From Callorhinchus milii (lineage: Eukaryota): a stretch of 64,000 nt of DNA. The notes beneath the pieces are model-generated. The model saw nothing but the letters and a program-made list of their open reading frames with translations. It did not search any database and had not been told where the DNA came from. Shown piece after piece: positions 24,216-37,200 of the stretch. The position numbers and the translations under genes were made by a program. The DNA is taken from positions 26,660,001-26,724,000 of the forward strand of contig NW_024704745.1 in the NCBI RefSeq assembly GCF_018977255.1. Direction: 5' to 3'. The stretch's first letter is position 1. Each line of letters starts with the position of its first letter.

Positions 24216-25559
24216 ATTATCCAAGATTCATCGAGCATCAAACTGGAAGAATCAGTTCAAATCCCAATGACAAAATCTATGAAGATAAATGGGAGGCAAA
24301 CCATCTTAAATTATAATAATAGAAATTCATGTATTAGATATAGTGCCTTATCATGTCATCATAAGATTTACTGGAGTGTGTTTTATTTTGGTCAGCTGTG
24401 TATCTGAGACAAGCAGAAATGCATGTTTAAGAGTTTCCAAAGTGGATAGAGTTCCATGAATGCCCCTACACAAAAAAATTCTTGTGTTTTTCTCAGTGTG
24501 TGTGTTGGACTACCATTGGAATTTAACCGGAAACGGTGTATAACTACCCATTGGAAGTATTGGCTGGCAAGCGTCCTACTGCTTATCCAGGTAAGAACAC
24601 TCTACCCTTTAAGGTAGGTTTGCATGGTTAAAAGGAATGGAGTAGGAAGAATTCCTGCTCCCAGTGGCCTAGGCTGACAGGTCTGCAAACTGGTGTTCTG
24701 TGGACCTGTCTCGCTCAGAAACTGAACTGTTGAGATCAACACAGAGATTTACGAGATTCTGATATTCCATTTCCAAGCATGCCACTTGGAGCCATTCAGC
24801 TTCAAGGAAACATGACTTCTAGAGTGTAGAGAGTATTTTTTTTTCCATAGGCAATGCAGCAACCAATTTGTGCCCAGCAATGAAAGCACACCTACAAACA
24901 GCAATGAAGTGGATCACAAGTTGTGTCTGGTAGATTCTTGGTCAGGACACTTAGAGTCCCATGACTGAGATTGCTTATTATGGAATCCCTTTCAGAATCA
25001 CTTAAAGAAAAACAATTGATTCTGTTGTATAAAAACTATGCTTTTTGAAATGAGTGAATAAAAGCAAAGCAATATAAATTGGGGTTGAACTGTGCAAACA
25101 TCAAGGATTTTTTTGCTGGAACCCAGTTACCACGACTATCTCAAGAAGTTGGGATCTGTCGATTGATTCAGACCTTTTGTAGTATAAACAGAAAGTATAA
25201 ATTGATTTAACATCTGCTCAAACATAGTTTGACACACACACACCTTTAAATGTTTGGGGGTGCCCAAAGAACCCTTTTTTAATGTAATTAAGGAACTATT
25301 CAGGCAATCAACTCTTTACAATTATAAAGAATGAGCCTGCACTATCCAAATTCTGACAGAATTCTCACCAGGCCACAGTCATTGTGGTTAAAATTAGGAA
25401 TTATAAATCAAGCCCTATTGCTTCAGTAGGATGATCAGCACATGATATATCATAGGGAACACATGCTATAGCTTTGTTACAGCTCCACATTCTTCAAGCT
25501 CCACATCACCTTTTGAAGAACCTTATTGTAGCTTCTGACTAAAATACTTTTGGATCAAA

Positions 25560-25860
25560 ATACAACAGCAGCAGCTTCCAAATGAATAGTGGCTCAGAGG
25601 GCTCAACAGTAGAATGGTTTAATGCTGAGCTGGAAAAGGAGGGGGCATGACCCAAGGCATGTCCAAAGAGGAAAGTCTTTAAGTGTGATTTGAAGATGGG
25701 CAAAGAGACAGCAAGACAGAGGGATTGAGGCAAGGAGTTCCAGAGATTTGGAACAGAGGCTGAAAACAGGGCTGACAATCATGCAATGGAGAGGATGGGG
25801 GACATGCAGAAGACTCAAGCTTTCTGAGCGAAGGAGGCGGGTAGAGGAGTGGAGTAAAGC
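25560..25860 (-). mobile_element. L2 3' fragment
   Basis: FSASVPNLWNSLPQSLCLAVSLPIFKSHLKTFLF (ORF 25539..25778). Confidence 0.8.
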
Positions 25861-27234
25861 AAAGGCTATTCTCAGTATTACACAATATCTTCTTAATATT
25901 ATTAATATTATTGAATTTAATTAATAACTTTACCCTGTTACATCTCGTAAATATTTTTGACATTTAGGAACATAGGATTTTAACAAGACTAGCTGTCCTC
26001 CAAAAACAAGAAATTGCATTTACTTAGCGCCTTTCATGTTGGGAGGATGTCCCAAGACAGCCTACAGTACTTTATCATTGATATCTCCCAAACAATTTCT
26101 TTGTTAAATAGATATCTAATTCCTTCTTGAATTTTATTTCACAAAATAATATACATCATTGCCTGCACTACAGAATAAGTAAGATGATTTTTGAAAGGGT
26201 TAATTCATAGAAAATGTAGAGGAAGGTAGGAAAGTGAGATCTGTGAGTTATGCTGAAAAAAAATCCATGGTTGATAAATATAGCATCACACGTCACATTC
26301 TTTCCCTTATGTGTGCACTTCAAAGGTTTCTCAGTACTTAAAGAGTTAAGAAAATTGAGAACTACTTGGTTATAGATCACAAAGTTCACAACTGTTGTAG
26401 TACTGTCTGAACGTGTGAGACTTCAGTGATAAACCCTGGAAAAACATCTGTCCCTTTTGCTTAGTTTTGACAGGTTCAGTGAAATGTAGCCTTGGGAGGT
26501 GTTGATGATATCCTGCACTTATGTGAACTGATTTTTTTTAATACCTATTTCCAAATATGTGACTACTGCAAGACTTTCAATCAAGTTGTTACAGTAACTA
26601 CATCCTAGCTAGCACACTGTTAATTAAAACAGCAATGATGGCTTATTAATTGCTGAGAATGCAAATTGTACAAAAGAAGTGTTACTGGGACTTAATTAGC
26701 AAGATTTAAAAATGGCATCAATTAACACCAAGAATCCTTCAACACCTTGAGAGAACAAAAAGTAGAAAAATGTTCAACTGTGCAAACATGCTGTGAACCA
26801 CAGCAGTTGCTTCCTGAGATACCATAAAACAACTTCATGTGGCATTAATTATTTTTAAAGCTGAGTTCAAAGGAAGTGTCCTCTTTGGAAATTAAGTGGG
26901 ACGAAGAAGGAGCCTTCCTTTTGGCACTGGGGGGTGGTCTGTACTTACATTTGCAGGTTCTCAATCATGTGATTTGTTACTGCAAATATCTTCAAAGAGC
27001 TCCCCCGATGGTCCACTGCAGTGTTTCTCAATTTTTTTTAATGTCAGTGACCAACTTGGTTTTCTATTACAATGTTGCAGACTCTCATTGAATGAGCTGT
27101 CAGGACACTTAGTCTGAAGTGATCTCTGCTACGGGCTGGCCATGAGACTGACCATTGAACATCACCAGCCAGAAGAGTAAGGAACAATGGACCAAACGGA
27201 CCAGAAGGTTAAAAGTTGGACAAAGTGGCTTTTG

Positions 27235-27590
27235 GTACATTAGCTTAACTGAGGAATCAAGGTGCTGCAATTGACCTCAGTGATGGTTGTTTTTGAGATA
27301 GAAAAATCATCCAAAGTTCCTGCTCCTGCAAACTGCTCTCCAGAGAACCCTTTGAACCCTGCTTGCAGGTGTGAGTTGTAGAAATCAAGCGAGATCAAAT
27401 CAGGATTGGGCTTGATTTTGTTGTTTGCCACAGTTGAATAGCCTGCCAACAACACTCACTGCAAAGTCTTAAACATAAATAATGGTCACTTGGACGAGGT
27501 TCTGTTGGTTAACTGATGTAAATGACCAAATGTACATGAAACCATATCCGAGTAGAAGGAAAAAGTTAAAGCACCTTAAGGAAAAGAGCA
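27235..27590 (+). mobile_element. Ancient SINE-like repeat (family B), body and 3' part
   Basis: CAATTGACCTCAGTG, AAAAATCATCCAAAGTTCCTGCTCCTG, GTTGAATAGCCTGCCAACA, AATGGTCACTTGG recur at ~40600 (minus), 45465, 48035 and 50680-51190. Confidence 0.65.
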
Positions 27591-27989
27591 GAGAAAAACT
27601 AGGAAGAGAGGGAAAAAACAGTAATCATGACAGAAAATGAACATTAGTGAACACTTTTAAAATGTAAAAGTTTAAAAAAGCCAAATGGCATTGTACTAAA
27701 ATGGCTCTCAGAAACTGGGAAAAAATAAACTTCAGCTGAATACAGTCATCATATTATGAACAAATAGTAGAAAAATATTTGAATAAATGATTTTCATCTC
27801 TGAATCAGACCTTGCAATTTGAGAAAAATTGGGGCGGAGAGAGAAAGAGGGTATGTTCTAATTGCCAAAAGGGGCAAAATGCAAATATCTGGCCCCGATT
27901 TCTCTTCAGTTAATTTGCAAATAATTAAAATGGAGCCTCGCTCTAAACATGTTATCATGGACATAGCTTTGAACTCATGTTCTGAGCTG

Positions 27990-28362
27990 ATACTTCTCTT
28001 CAGTGAAAGGTATGCACTGTATTGGTTGAGGCATCATTCATCGGATGGGATGTTCAAGCACTTTGAGATGACCTCCAGATATGAATTGTATTGCATTAAC
28101 TGAGTTCTGGTTCTCTGTTGAGGTGGCTATTAAAGATCCTATGACACTATCTGAAAAGAGAGGGAATTTTCTCCTGGTGTTCAGACCAATAAGACCCCAC
28201 TGATTTCTTGGCTGTTTGCTGGAAATTGCTGCGTTCAAATCAGCTGCTCAGCTTGCATAGAAAACACAGTTAACATACTTTACAGTTCATCCTGTAAAGT
28301 ACCTTGAGATGTCCTCCTGAAATAAAAGGTGCTATATCATATGTCAAGCTTATTTTTATGAT
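27990..28362 (+). mobile_element. Old SacSINE1-like element
   Basis: TAAAGATCCTATGACACTATCTGAAAAGAGAGGGAATTTTCTCCTGGTGTTC; GGCTGTTTGCTGGAAATTGCTGCGTTCAAATCAGCTGC; tail. Confidence 0.7.
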
Positions 28363-28829
28363 TATTATAGCCAGGGCAATGTAATTAAAGGATTTGCTAA
28401 ATCCAATAAATTAGTGGAATAGTTTTGATGATTTATTTGGGACTCCTCCTGTTCTATATTCCCATCAAACCAGTGTGAAATGTATCATGGAATAAACAAT
28501 CAAGCAAATGATTGTATTCATATTTCATGTAGATTCACATCGGATTGAACAGAACTGGAACAAAAAACAATTTACATAGCACCTTTCATGTAAAAACTTC
28601 CAAAACCTCTCAACAAAGGTAATAATAACTTGAAGTTATATAAAATCTTTCATATAAAGATCTCAAAGCACTTTACAAAACAGAATTGATCAAAATTTAA
28701 GTGAAAGTTGTTACAAAGGCAAAGCTGGCACTTTATCTGCATCAAAAGCATAATTTGAATTTCAGGGTGAATTTTGACAAAGAGGGAAGAAAGGCAAGAT
28801 ACTGGGCAAAAAATATTTCTTTGAAATAA

Positions 28830-29165
28830 CAATACAATGCAAAATTACATTTGTAAAGCGCCTTTCATGTCGGGAGAACATCCCAAGGCCCTGAACAATC
28901 AGGGATTAGGACCCGAGTGAGGGGGTGTGTGTTGGGATCAGGGAGGGTGGACGAAGGCATGATTGAAGAGGAGAGTCTTGAGGCATGCCTTGAAGGAGGT
29001 AAGGGAGGGAGTGAGGTGAAGGAAATATGGGATGGATTACAAAAGGATGGGGTAGAGAGGCTAAAGGCCCAACCGCCGATGGTGGGGCGGACCGGGCGGT
29101 GGGACGTGGAGCAGGCCAGAGCCTGCTGAGAGGAGGGAGCGGACAGGTCAATAAGGGGTCAGCAG
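28830..29165 (-). mobile_element. L2 3' end
   Basis: Tail ATTACATTTGTAAAGCGCCTTTCATGTCGGGAGAACATCCCAAGGCC and purine-rich 3' UTR/ORF2 end. Confidence 0.85.
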
Positions 29166-29638
29166 GTCAGAGTAAAGTGTTCTTATGTACTGGACGTTCA
29201 GGCTTTGTGTTGTCTATGGGAGAGGAACGAGGACATTTCCAACCGACATAAATGTTGACTCAACGGAATCTGAATATTTTCACAGAATGTGTGAGATCTG
29301 AGAGAGGCAACACTTAATTTTTATTCATGATTCTCACATCCTCACCAGTAAATTGCACCTGAAGTGAGAATAGACACAGTTTCATTTCACATTCATCAAA
29401 GCAACAGCACCAATTTTCTTGTCTGGTAGACACTGTGCACAGGTAGGAGCAGTTAACATCTGCCATTTGAGTGCTTAAGAATGTGTATTTCTTTACATGA
29501 ACATATAGAGATTCATTTTACAACATCTCTTAATATTAAATATTTAATTACCAAATATCTAAAGCAACAAATGTACTGAAAAATGCATTATTGAGTTTCT
29601 GAAATATATGGAATGCATTCATCTGCACATTGTTTTAG

Positions 29639-29951
29639 AAGTCCTGTAGCTCAGTGGTTAGAGCACTCGCCTTGCAAGTGAGACACCTGGGTTCAATTCC
29701 AGGCAGGGCGAAACCTTGGGCAAGTTTCGTTACTCCACACACCTAATAATAATCCCTCCAAAACAGAACAATAATAAATTGGTCATTGTCAATCCACGAC
29801 TGTTTGTGGGACAATGCTGTGCACAATTGGCTGCCGCGTTTCACCCACAGATGTACAGTCAATTCTCTTTACAGCATACTCTGTGAAGCGCTTTGAGATG
29901 TTGAAAAGACGTGAAAAGTGCTATATTAAATGCAAGGATTATTTATATTAT
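29639..29951 (+). mobile_element. tRNA-Ala-headed Deu-SINE (short variant)
   Basis: GTCCTGTAGCTCAGTGGTTAGAGCACTCGCCTTGCAAGTGAGACACCTGGGTTCAATTCC; Deu core; tail. Confidence 0.95.
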
Positions 29952-30651
29952 AGAAATTCGATAATTACACATTTCTTAATTGTAATTTTTTGAAGAAATT
30001 AAGCCCATATTAAAAACCCAACATAAAAATTATTATAACTTGCAATATGTCTAATATGTCTAATGAAATATTTTGTAATGAAAATAACATAATGTATTTG
30101 ATGTAGTTCCTTTTACATTGGAATCATATCTCAAAGCATTGCATAGGATTTATTGTAAAACATAATGACTGATTAGTTAGCATTGGGATTTGATTATCAT
30201 AATTTTTTGATTGTTTCTTTAATAATTCTGAGCCACAAACAGGGAATTCTGACTATAACCAGGTGTATTAAGTTGTCCTGCAGTATCATTGCTCAATCCC
30301 TACTGTAGGTAAATTACTTTGCTCCTGTGAATTGGCATATTGCACTTCCAGTTATCTGCTAGATTCCTTGTTTGCAACTCAATGCTGCTTTAAGGAATCC
30401 CATTAGAAGATGCTGCAAATTAATTCCATTTAACCAATTTTCTTCTGCTCTAATTGGTGTAGTTATGCATGTTTTTTTCCTAGAGACTCATTTTGCCCTC
30501 CAATTGTGACTACAATATAAAATTCTATACTCATTTTTGATGTATTGGTCATATCTTATTAAAGCTGCTTTATTTATTTCACAATTAATGCAGCATTCAG
30601 TTTGAGGAATCCACTGTTCTAACATCAGAACCACTGGCATTAGTTCACACA

Positions 30652-31022
30652 GGAGTCCTGTAGCTTAGTGGTTAGAGCACTCGCCTTGCAAGCGAGAGGA
30701 CCTGGGTTCAATTCTGAGCAGGGCAAAACATTGAGCAAGTTTCCTTCCTCCACACGTCTATGTTTACATAGCAGTACATAGGAACCTGGTTGTTAGTCAT
30801 TGGCAGATTGCTTCTCCAGGAATAATAATCCCTTCATAAAAATAAATAATAATTTAGTCACTCAATCCATGTTTGTTTGTGGGACACTGCTGTGCGCAAT
30901 TGGCTGCCACGTTTCACCCACAAAATATAGTCAATTCACTTTACAGTACATTCTCTAAAGCGCTTTGAGACATCTAGAAGACGTGATAAGGTGCTATATT
31001 AAATGCAAGGATTATTATTATC
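30652..31022 (+). mobile_element. tRNA-Ala-headed Deu-SINE (long variant)
   Basis: Has the extra ~65-bp segment (TGTTTACATAGCAGTACATAGGAACCTGGTTGTTAGTC...) absent from the short variant. Confidence 0.95.
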
Positions 31023-31092
31023 ATCATCAATCATAATACTATACATCACAAGGGAGGAGAGAATACACAGTAAACTAAGCTGGGACTGTCTT

Positions 31093-31745
31093 TTCTTGAT
31101 GTTTTGATGTTGACAGATACTATGGAAGTGCAAGTTTTTTATATTATTAATAATAGAAATTCATTGAACCTTACTGCAGATAACTTTCTTTCTTTGAAGT
31201 CTCTCTTTTCCAGATGAGGGGACAGAGAAGGGTCATCAATATAAAATAGTCACAAATAGATCAAATAGGGAAGTTAGAAGAAATTTCTTCAAACAGAGAG
31301 TAATGGGAATGTGGAACAGGCTACCACAAGGAATTGTTTAGGCAAATAGCATAGATGTATTAAGGGAAAGCTAAATAGGTACATGAGGGAGAAAGGAATA
31401 GAAGGTTATGCTTGAGGCTTAGTTGAGGAAGGGCAGGAGGAGGCTCATGTGGAGCATAAACACCGGCATAGACCAGTTGGGCCGAATGGCCTGTTTCTGT
31501 GCTGTATATTCTAATGTTCATCAAGCTCACAAGTCATTGTTAGGAAATAGAACTCGACCCTAGCAATGACGTGAGCTTGATGAACGTAGAAAATATACTG
31601 ACCCTACTTTGTCCCTCATCTGGAAAAGAAAGACTTCAAAGAAAGAACGTTATCTGCAGTAGGGTTCAATGCATTTCTATTATTTAATAATATTAAAAAA
31701 CTTGCACTTCCATAGCATCTGTTAACATCAAAATATCTGCAAGAA
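31093..31745. mobile_element. Palindromic (hairpin) MITE-like element interrupted by a CR1 insertion
   Basis: 31093-31235 plus 31504-31544 are the reverse complement of 31559-31745 around a 14-nt loop. Confidence 0.8.
31236..31513 (+). mobile_element. CR1 3' end inserted in the hairpin element
   Basis: GHQYKIVTNRSNREVRRNFFKQRVMGMWNRLPQ; GGGCCGAATGGCCTGTTTCTGTGCTGTATATTCTA terminus. Confidence 0.9.
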
Positions 31746-32629
31746 CTTCACAGTAATTAATAATTAGGTGTAGCATCACAGAACAATAAACCACTGCTTC
31801 CAGTTGCCAGAGAATATCAATATAAAATGTCTCCATTACTATTCTGGGCTTTCACAGGGCATTTTCTCACATTCAGACTGTTGTGTATGAAGCAAAACCT
31901 CTTTTGGAACTGCTCAAATGATTTAATATTGCTTCCAGCAGTGGAGTCATTTAGAGCAACTACCTGATATATACTTACACAAACCACTTCTCCAGGCTTG
32001 AGGGGAGCTCTGCATGTACAATATAAAGCAAGTGAGCAGATTTCTACTAACTGGCACCAAACCACTTTTTTTTAAGCTATTAAAAAGCCACAAAAGCATT
32101 ACAAATAAGGCATATTCTACGAACAGAAATTAGAACCTATTCACCCAATAAGATTGGTAAATTTACAGAGAAGCAGATGATCAGTTCCATTTCTGGGAAA
32201 CAGAAACATCACTGGATTTGAGGCTTACCAAAGTGATGCTTAATATTGAACCGACAAGCCTTAAAGCAAAACTCCCTTCACTTGTTTTCGTTTGACCTAC
32301 TCTATGTTTTGGATTAGAAGCATAATATGTTTGCAAAGTTATTATCATGGAAGTGTGGCATGTCTATTGGATATGCTGCTGTAGATTTTGCTCTTCTCAT
32401 ATGGTGGCTGTTGATTGATTGTGTTGTAATAGTGATAAAATCAGAGATTAGTGAGTTGGACTAGCTGACTGCATTGAGGACAGGGGACTGAAAGGTTGGG
32501 GTTGTTGCATGTGGCAACATGTTAGCATTTTCAAATATGTAGCAAGCTGCAGTTTCCATACAAAAAAAATAATCTATCAAATTACAAGAAATTACAAGAG
32601 TCATTAGCAATTACAATTAGCATTAAATA

Positions 32630-33010
32630 ACGACATCAACTTACATTTATAAAGCATCAGTCATGTGGGATTGTGTATCAGAATACTTAACAGTGGCATA
32701 GATTGACTCTGAGCCAGGGAGAGGTAATTGCAGGTACGGTCAAAGAGGAATGTCTTCAGGTGGAATTTGAAGATGGGCAAGGAGGGGGCAAGAAAAAAAG
32801 GGATTGAGGCAGAGATTTCCATAGTTTTGAGGCGCTGATGGCTGCAGATGGTGGTGAGGAGGGGACAAGGGACTGGCAGGAAATCAGAGCCAGCTGAGCA
32901 GAATGAGCAAGTAAAGGAGTGGGGTGTAAATAGGTCAGAGAGTTAGGGAGGTGCCAGGGAACGGTGATTTGTGTGCGAGTGTGAGGAATTTGAAATTGAT
33001 CTGTTCTGCA
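32630..33010 (-). mobile_element. Degenerate L2 3' fragment
   Basis: ISASKLWKSLPQSL motif in ORF 32756..33061; decayed tail at 32630-32690. Confidence 0.7.
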
Positions 33011-34124
33011 ATTGAATAACATCAACAGCAAATTGCATACACATAGTTGTTGCATACACATCCCTCTACTTAGAATAACATCTCGGAGTACTTAAATAGG
33101 GGCCACATTTATAATGCTGATTAATAAGGTCGTTATCAAATGCATTTTTGAAACATTGTAAATTTCACCCCATGGCAACTTAATTTAGTAAATGCACAAA
33201 CCTCTTCAAATACTCAAATTATTGGGTACTCAGCCTACAACATATGCAGGATGGACCGTTATGACATTCCTAACATTTTCTCATTGATAACGGTAAATGA
33301 AATGCAGCATGCAATGTCATAAATATCACCATTTATAGTTATCACATTGCATTCTGTATTTTCACCCCACCTCTTGAAAGTACTTATTTGGAAGTAACAT
33401 GCAATCTATTGAACACATTTCTTTTCTCTCTCAGATAATTATATTCTGTGGAGCCTGTGAAGACACAGGATTTTCCTCTGAAACAGTTTTTTGTATTTTT
33501 ATTAATCCCAATTCTCTTTTGCAGACTATTTGATTTCTTCTACGCACTTTTTTTCCTCCAATAAGTATTTAAAAAAAAGATATCAAATACAAAATAAGGT
33601 TTCAGGTTTTTTTAAATCAAATTCTCAAATTCTGAGTGAAAGTCTATAGTGCTGTCAACTGTGTGAAAATCAAGCATCTTGAAAATGGTTAAAAGGTTGC
33701 CAAATGAAAGTTCAAAACGAGCAGCCAATTCCTCAATGATCTCATCGCTTGTCTTTGATATAATTCTCCAATTTTATGAAAACACCTGTCACATCTGAAC
33801 TTTGAGAGAAGATTGTTGCTGGAACAATCCTAAACCGATCCCCCAATTCAAAAAAAGACCTCCAATTCCATTCTCTTCAGAGCATTTGGAAAAGATATGT
33901 ATAAAGCTTTGATAAAAGGTGTTCTCAGTTAATTCTTCTTAATGGTCTTGAAAATTAAATTCAAATGATGCTAATGAGCCAATAGAAATACCGATGTGCC
34001 AAATTATGAGCCAATAGTTACACACTTAAACGGTCCAGTTATTGTTTGTTTTCAACTTGTGGTTAAGAATGTAAATAAAAAGATTGTAATAGAGTATGTG
34101 TTGATCATATATACTTAGTTTAAT

Positions 34125-34262
34125 ATTATAATAATCCTTACATTTGATATAGCACCTTATCACGTCTTCAAGTCATCTCAAAGCGCTTCACAGAATATAC
34201 TGTAAAGTGAATTGACTGTATACTTTGTGGGTGAAATGCAGCAGTCAATTGCACAAAGCAGT
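34125..34262 (-). mobile_element. Deu-SINE 3' part
   Basis: ATAATCCTTACATTTGATATAGCACCTTATCACGTCTTCAAGTCATCTCAAAGCGCTTCACAG. Confidence 0.85.
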
Positions 34263-35039
34263 TTGTGTTATATTTGCATAGACGTACAATATAAATTTAC
34301 ATTTATATAGCACCTTTCATCAGGGGGACATCCCAAGGGCCTGGATTATCTAAGGTTTACACCTGAGTTTGGATGGGGAGGAAGATGGTGAAAGAGCAGT
34401 TAAAGGGGAGATATAATTTATTGATTAATGTAGACTTTCTTATCCATGAATTTGATATGTTGTATGAAAGGTAGACCATTTGGACCTACCTCACCTGTTT
34501 TGTTATTTATATAGTTAATACTTTGCACAATTTGTGGCTCTTATTTAATCAATCAAAGTTCCTCAAGACACTCATTGAAAAATTGTGACTAAACCACAGA
34601 GGAGACAGCAAAACAATTTGAAACATTAGTATGATCGAGAAAACACACATATATATTTTAGTCCAAGATATGCACAGAATTATAGTTCACAAATATTGAA
34701 AAAGTAGTAATGAATTTCAAAATGAAGAGAATGATACAAGCCATATGTGTGATAACTATTTTACTATTGATGTAATAGCCTAAAACATCAAAACTATAAC
34801 TTAAAGGAGTAATTTCTTCCTAGTTAATGTAAAACAAAATGGCCTAATCCTAAATATAGTAATACGTATTTATAAAGGGAAATCTCTTTAAACTGACCAA
34901 CCTTCTTGTTTCCTGCATTCAAAGCATCTTTGGAGCAGACATTTTGTTACATCATCAACAAGGAATTCTACCCATAATCCATTGATCTCATTCATCTCAC
35001 ACCAGTTTCCTCCACTCTGATGGCAAGAAGTAGTCTCCA

Positions 35040-35415
35040 GTTCCCAGCAAATCAAATTCAAGATCCTCACCATTGTGATCAAATTCCTCCAAGGCCTAAC
35101 CTCACCCTACCTCTGTGACTTCCTGCAACCCTTCTGCACCAGCTGCTCAGTAAGCATTGGCCTGTTTCATGTCCCCCATGTGATCCAACCCCACCATTGG
35201 TATCCCATTGGATGCCCTATCTCAGAGTGCATCCATTTTGCCTCCTCTCTCCCCATCTTCAAAATCTATTTTAAGACCTATCTCTTCACCCAATTTTCAG
35301 CCACCACCTAGCTCTCTCGAAACCACAGTTTGGGTTCCCTGCCAACTGTGTGAAGTGCTTTGAAATGTCCTTCCAATGTGAAAGATGGGTTATAATGTAA
35401 ATTGATATTGTTTCC
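35040..35415 (+). mobile_element. Degenerate L2 3' end
   Basis: IKFKILTIVIKFLQGLTSPYLCDFLQP; SLPIFKIYFKTYLF; decayed tail. Confidence 0.75.
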
Positions 35416-36629
35416 TTGCTGCCTCCTTTGATGCACATTTCTTCCAAGTCTTGTGTAACCTTTCCAATTTACCTGAATACCATGTACAGTGTAACAATTT
35501 GCTGGACATTTGCAAAGGTCTTTCAGGTTTTTATTGTTTCCTGTTGAACCCCACAGCTGATCAAGCTTCCCTCCTTCAATCTTCGGGGCACTTAAAGTTG
35601 CAATACTCTTGGACTTCAACTGGCTGATTTCCAGCATGAATAAAGAACCAAATTATGGATCTATAGTATAACTTTTTAGACAGATTTTTGCTAGTCTGAC
35701 TAGAATTGTTTTATCCACTTGAGTTGCGTCAGGATTGCATAATCTGTTGATTTGGTCAAGACGTTATTGTTAAAGAGTGAGTGAAGATTCTAAAGGGTGA
35801 ACCCTAAACCATGAGTGGAAAAGATACATCTTTGGATTCAAACCAGTTATTGGCTTTGAATAATAGCAACACTATAACAGGATTTTTAAAGGGCAACCTT
35901 TTTATATGCTTCTTCCTAATCATTTGATTTATTCACAAAATGATTGCTAAAGCTACATAAAACCATAACCTTTCCCCAACCATATGTTATCACTGCAAGC
36001 AGAAAATAATAATTTCACACAAAGCATACATGTCACCAGAGTACTGAGGACAGTACTGAGAGATTATTCAATCCTTCATCAACAAAATGCAAGTGCATGA
36101 CATTCTCATTCATAGTGCCATCAATTCAAAAGATGGACCATTAACTCAGCGCCCACTTATAAACTGAAGGAGACACAAATTCTGTGATCCAATTGCCTTC
36201 AGAGTGTTTGTGTATCATGCAGGAATTATTAATGTGAAATTAATGTTAATTAACCTGCTCATTCAATGTGAAACCTTACATACAGATTTTATAGCTAACT
36301 AATTAGGAAAGGGATGTTAAAAGTTGGTGAATAATGAGATGTTTTTTTGAATAACAACATAGGTTTGACATGTCTTAATATTTTATTGACTAATACAGTA
36401 CATCATCTGTGAACAAGGGCTTAGAGCACTCCTTGGATCAATCCTGGCAAAGTTTTTGTACATTGCACCTGAGGTGATGTACTCCATACCCTAATAATAC
36501 ATATTCATTTAGTTACACACTTGATATGAGTGATAGAGAGTGAGATACTGATACATGCAGATACTGCATCAGCAAATTTGTTCTGCATTTTATTATCAGA
36601 TTTAACTTGCAGGGTACGTGCTCACGTCA

Positions 36630-37115
36630 GCGCCTCCACATCTCAGGCACTGGCAAGATCAGCCTCCACGGCTGCACACCCAACCTCACTAAGCCAGTCC
36701 AGAATCTGGGTATTTTGTTTGACCTTGAACTGTCCTTTTCTCCCCCACATCAGCGCCATGACCGGTACTGCGTACCACCACCTCGGCAATATTGCCAGAC
36801 TCCGCCACTGCCTCACCCCTCAGGCTGCCGAAACCCTCATCCAAGCATTCGTCACCTCAAGGCTTGATTACGGGAACTCCCTCCTCATCGGCCTTCCCAA
36901 CTCTTCCCTTCACAAGCTGCAGATCATCCAAAATTCTGCAGCTCGTGTACTCTCTCGCTCCAGGCTCCGTGACCCCATCACTTGCACCCTCACCCGACTC
37001 TACTGGCTCCCCATCCCCCAGAGGATCGAGTTCAAGATCCTCGTCCTCACCTTTAAGGCCATCCATGGCCTTGCTCCCTCCTACCTCTCTGACCTGCTGA
37101 CTCTCTACCAACCTA
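36630..37115 (+). mobile_element. L2 ORF2 C-terminal fragment (young family, lacking 3' tail)
   Basis: HHLGNIARLRHCLTPQAAETLIQAFVTSRLDYGNSLLIGLPNSSLHKLQIIQNSAARVL...WLPIPQRIEFKILVLTFKAIHGLAPSYLSDLL; close to the 2077 copy. Confidence 0.92.
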
Positions 37116-37200
37116 TGCTCGTGCTAGATCCTCTACTGTAGCTATATCTTCTGCTGGCAATTGTTCTTTGACTGTAATCTTTTAAGGTTTTTCTCCTCAA

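Noticed and set aside
27819-27905. 15-bp inverted repeat GAGAAAAATTGGGGC/GCCCCGATTTTCTC
   Set aside because: Short and imperfect with no TSD; possibly ends of decayed MITEs, but not supportable.
36530-37141. Longest ORF (203 aa) as a host gene
   Set aside because: The C-terminal part is L2 ORF2; the N-terminus is chance read-through from flanking DNA with a non-ATG start.
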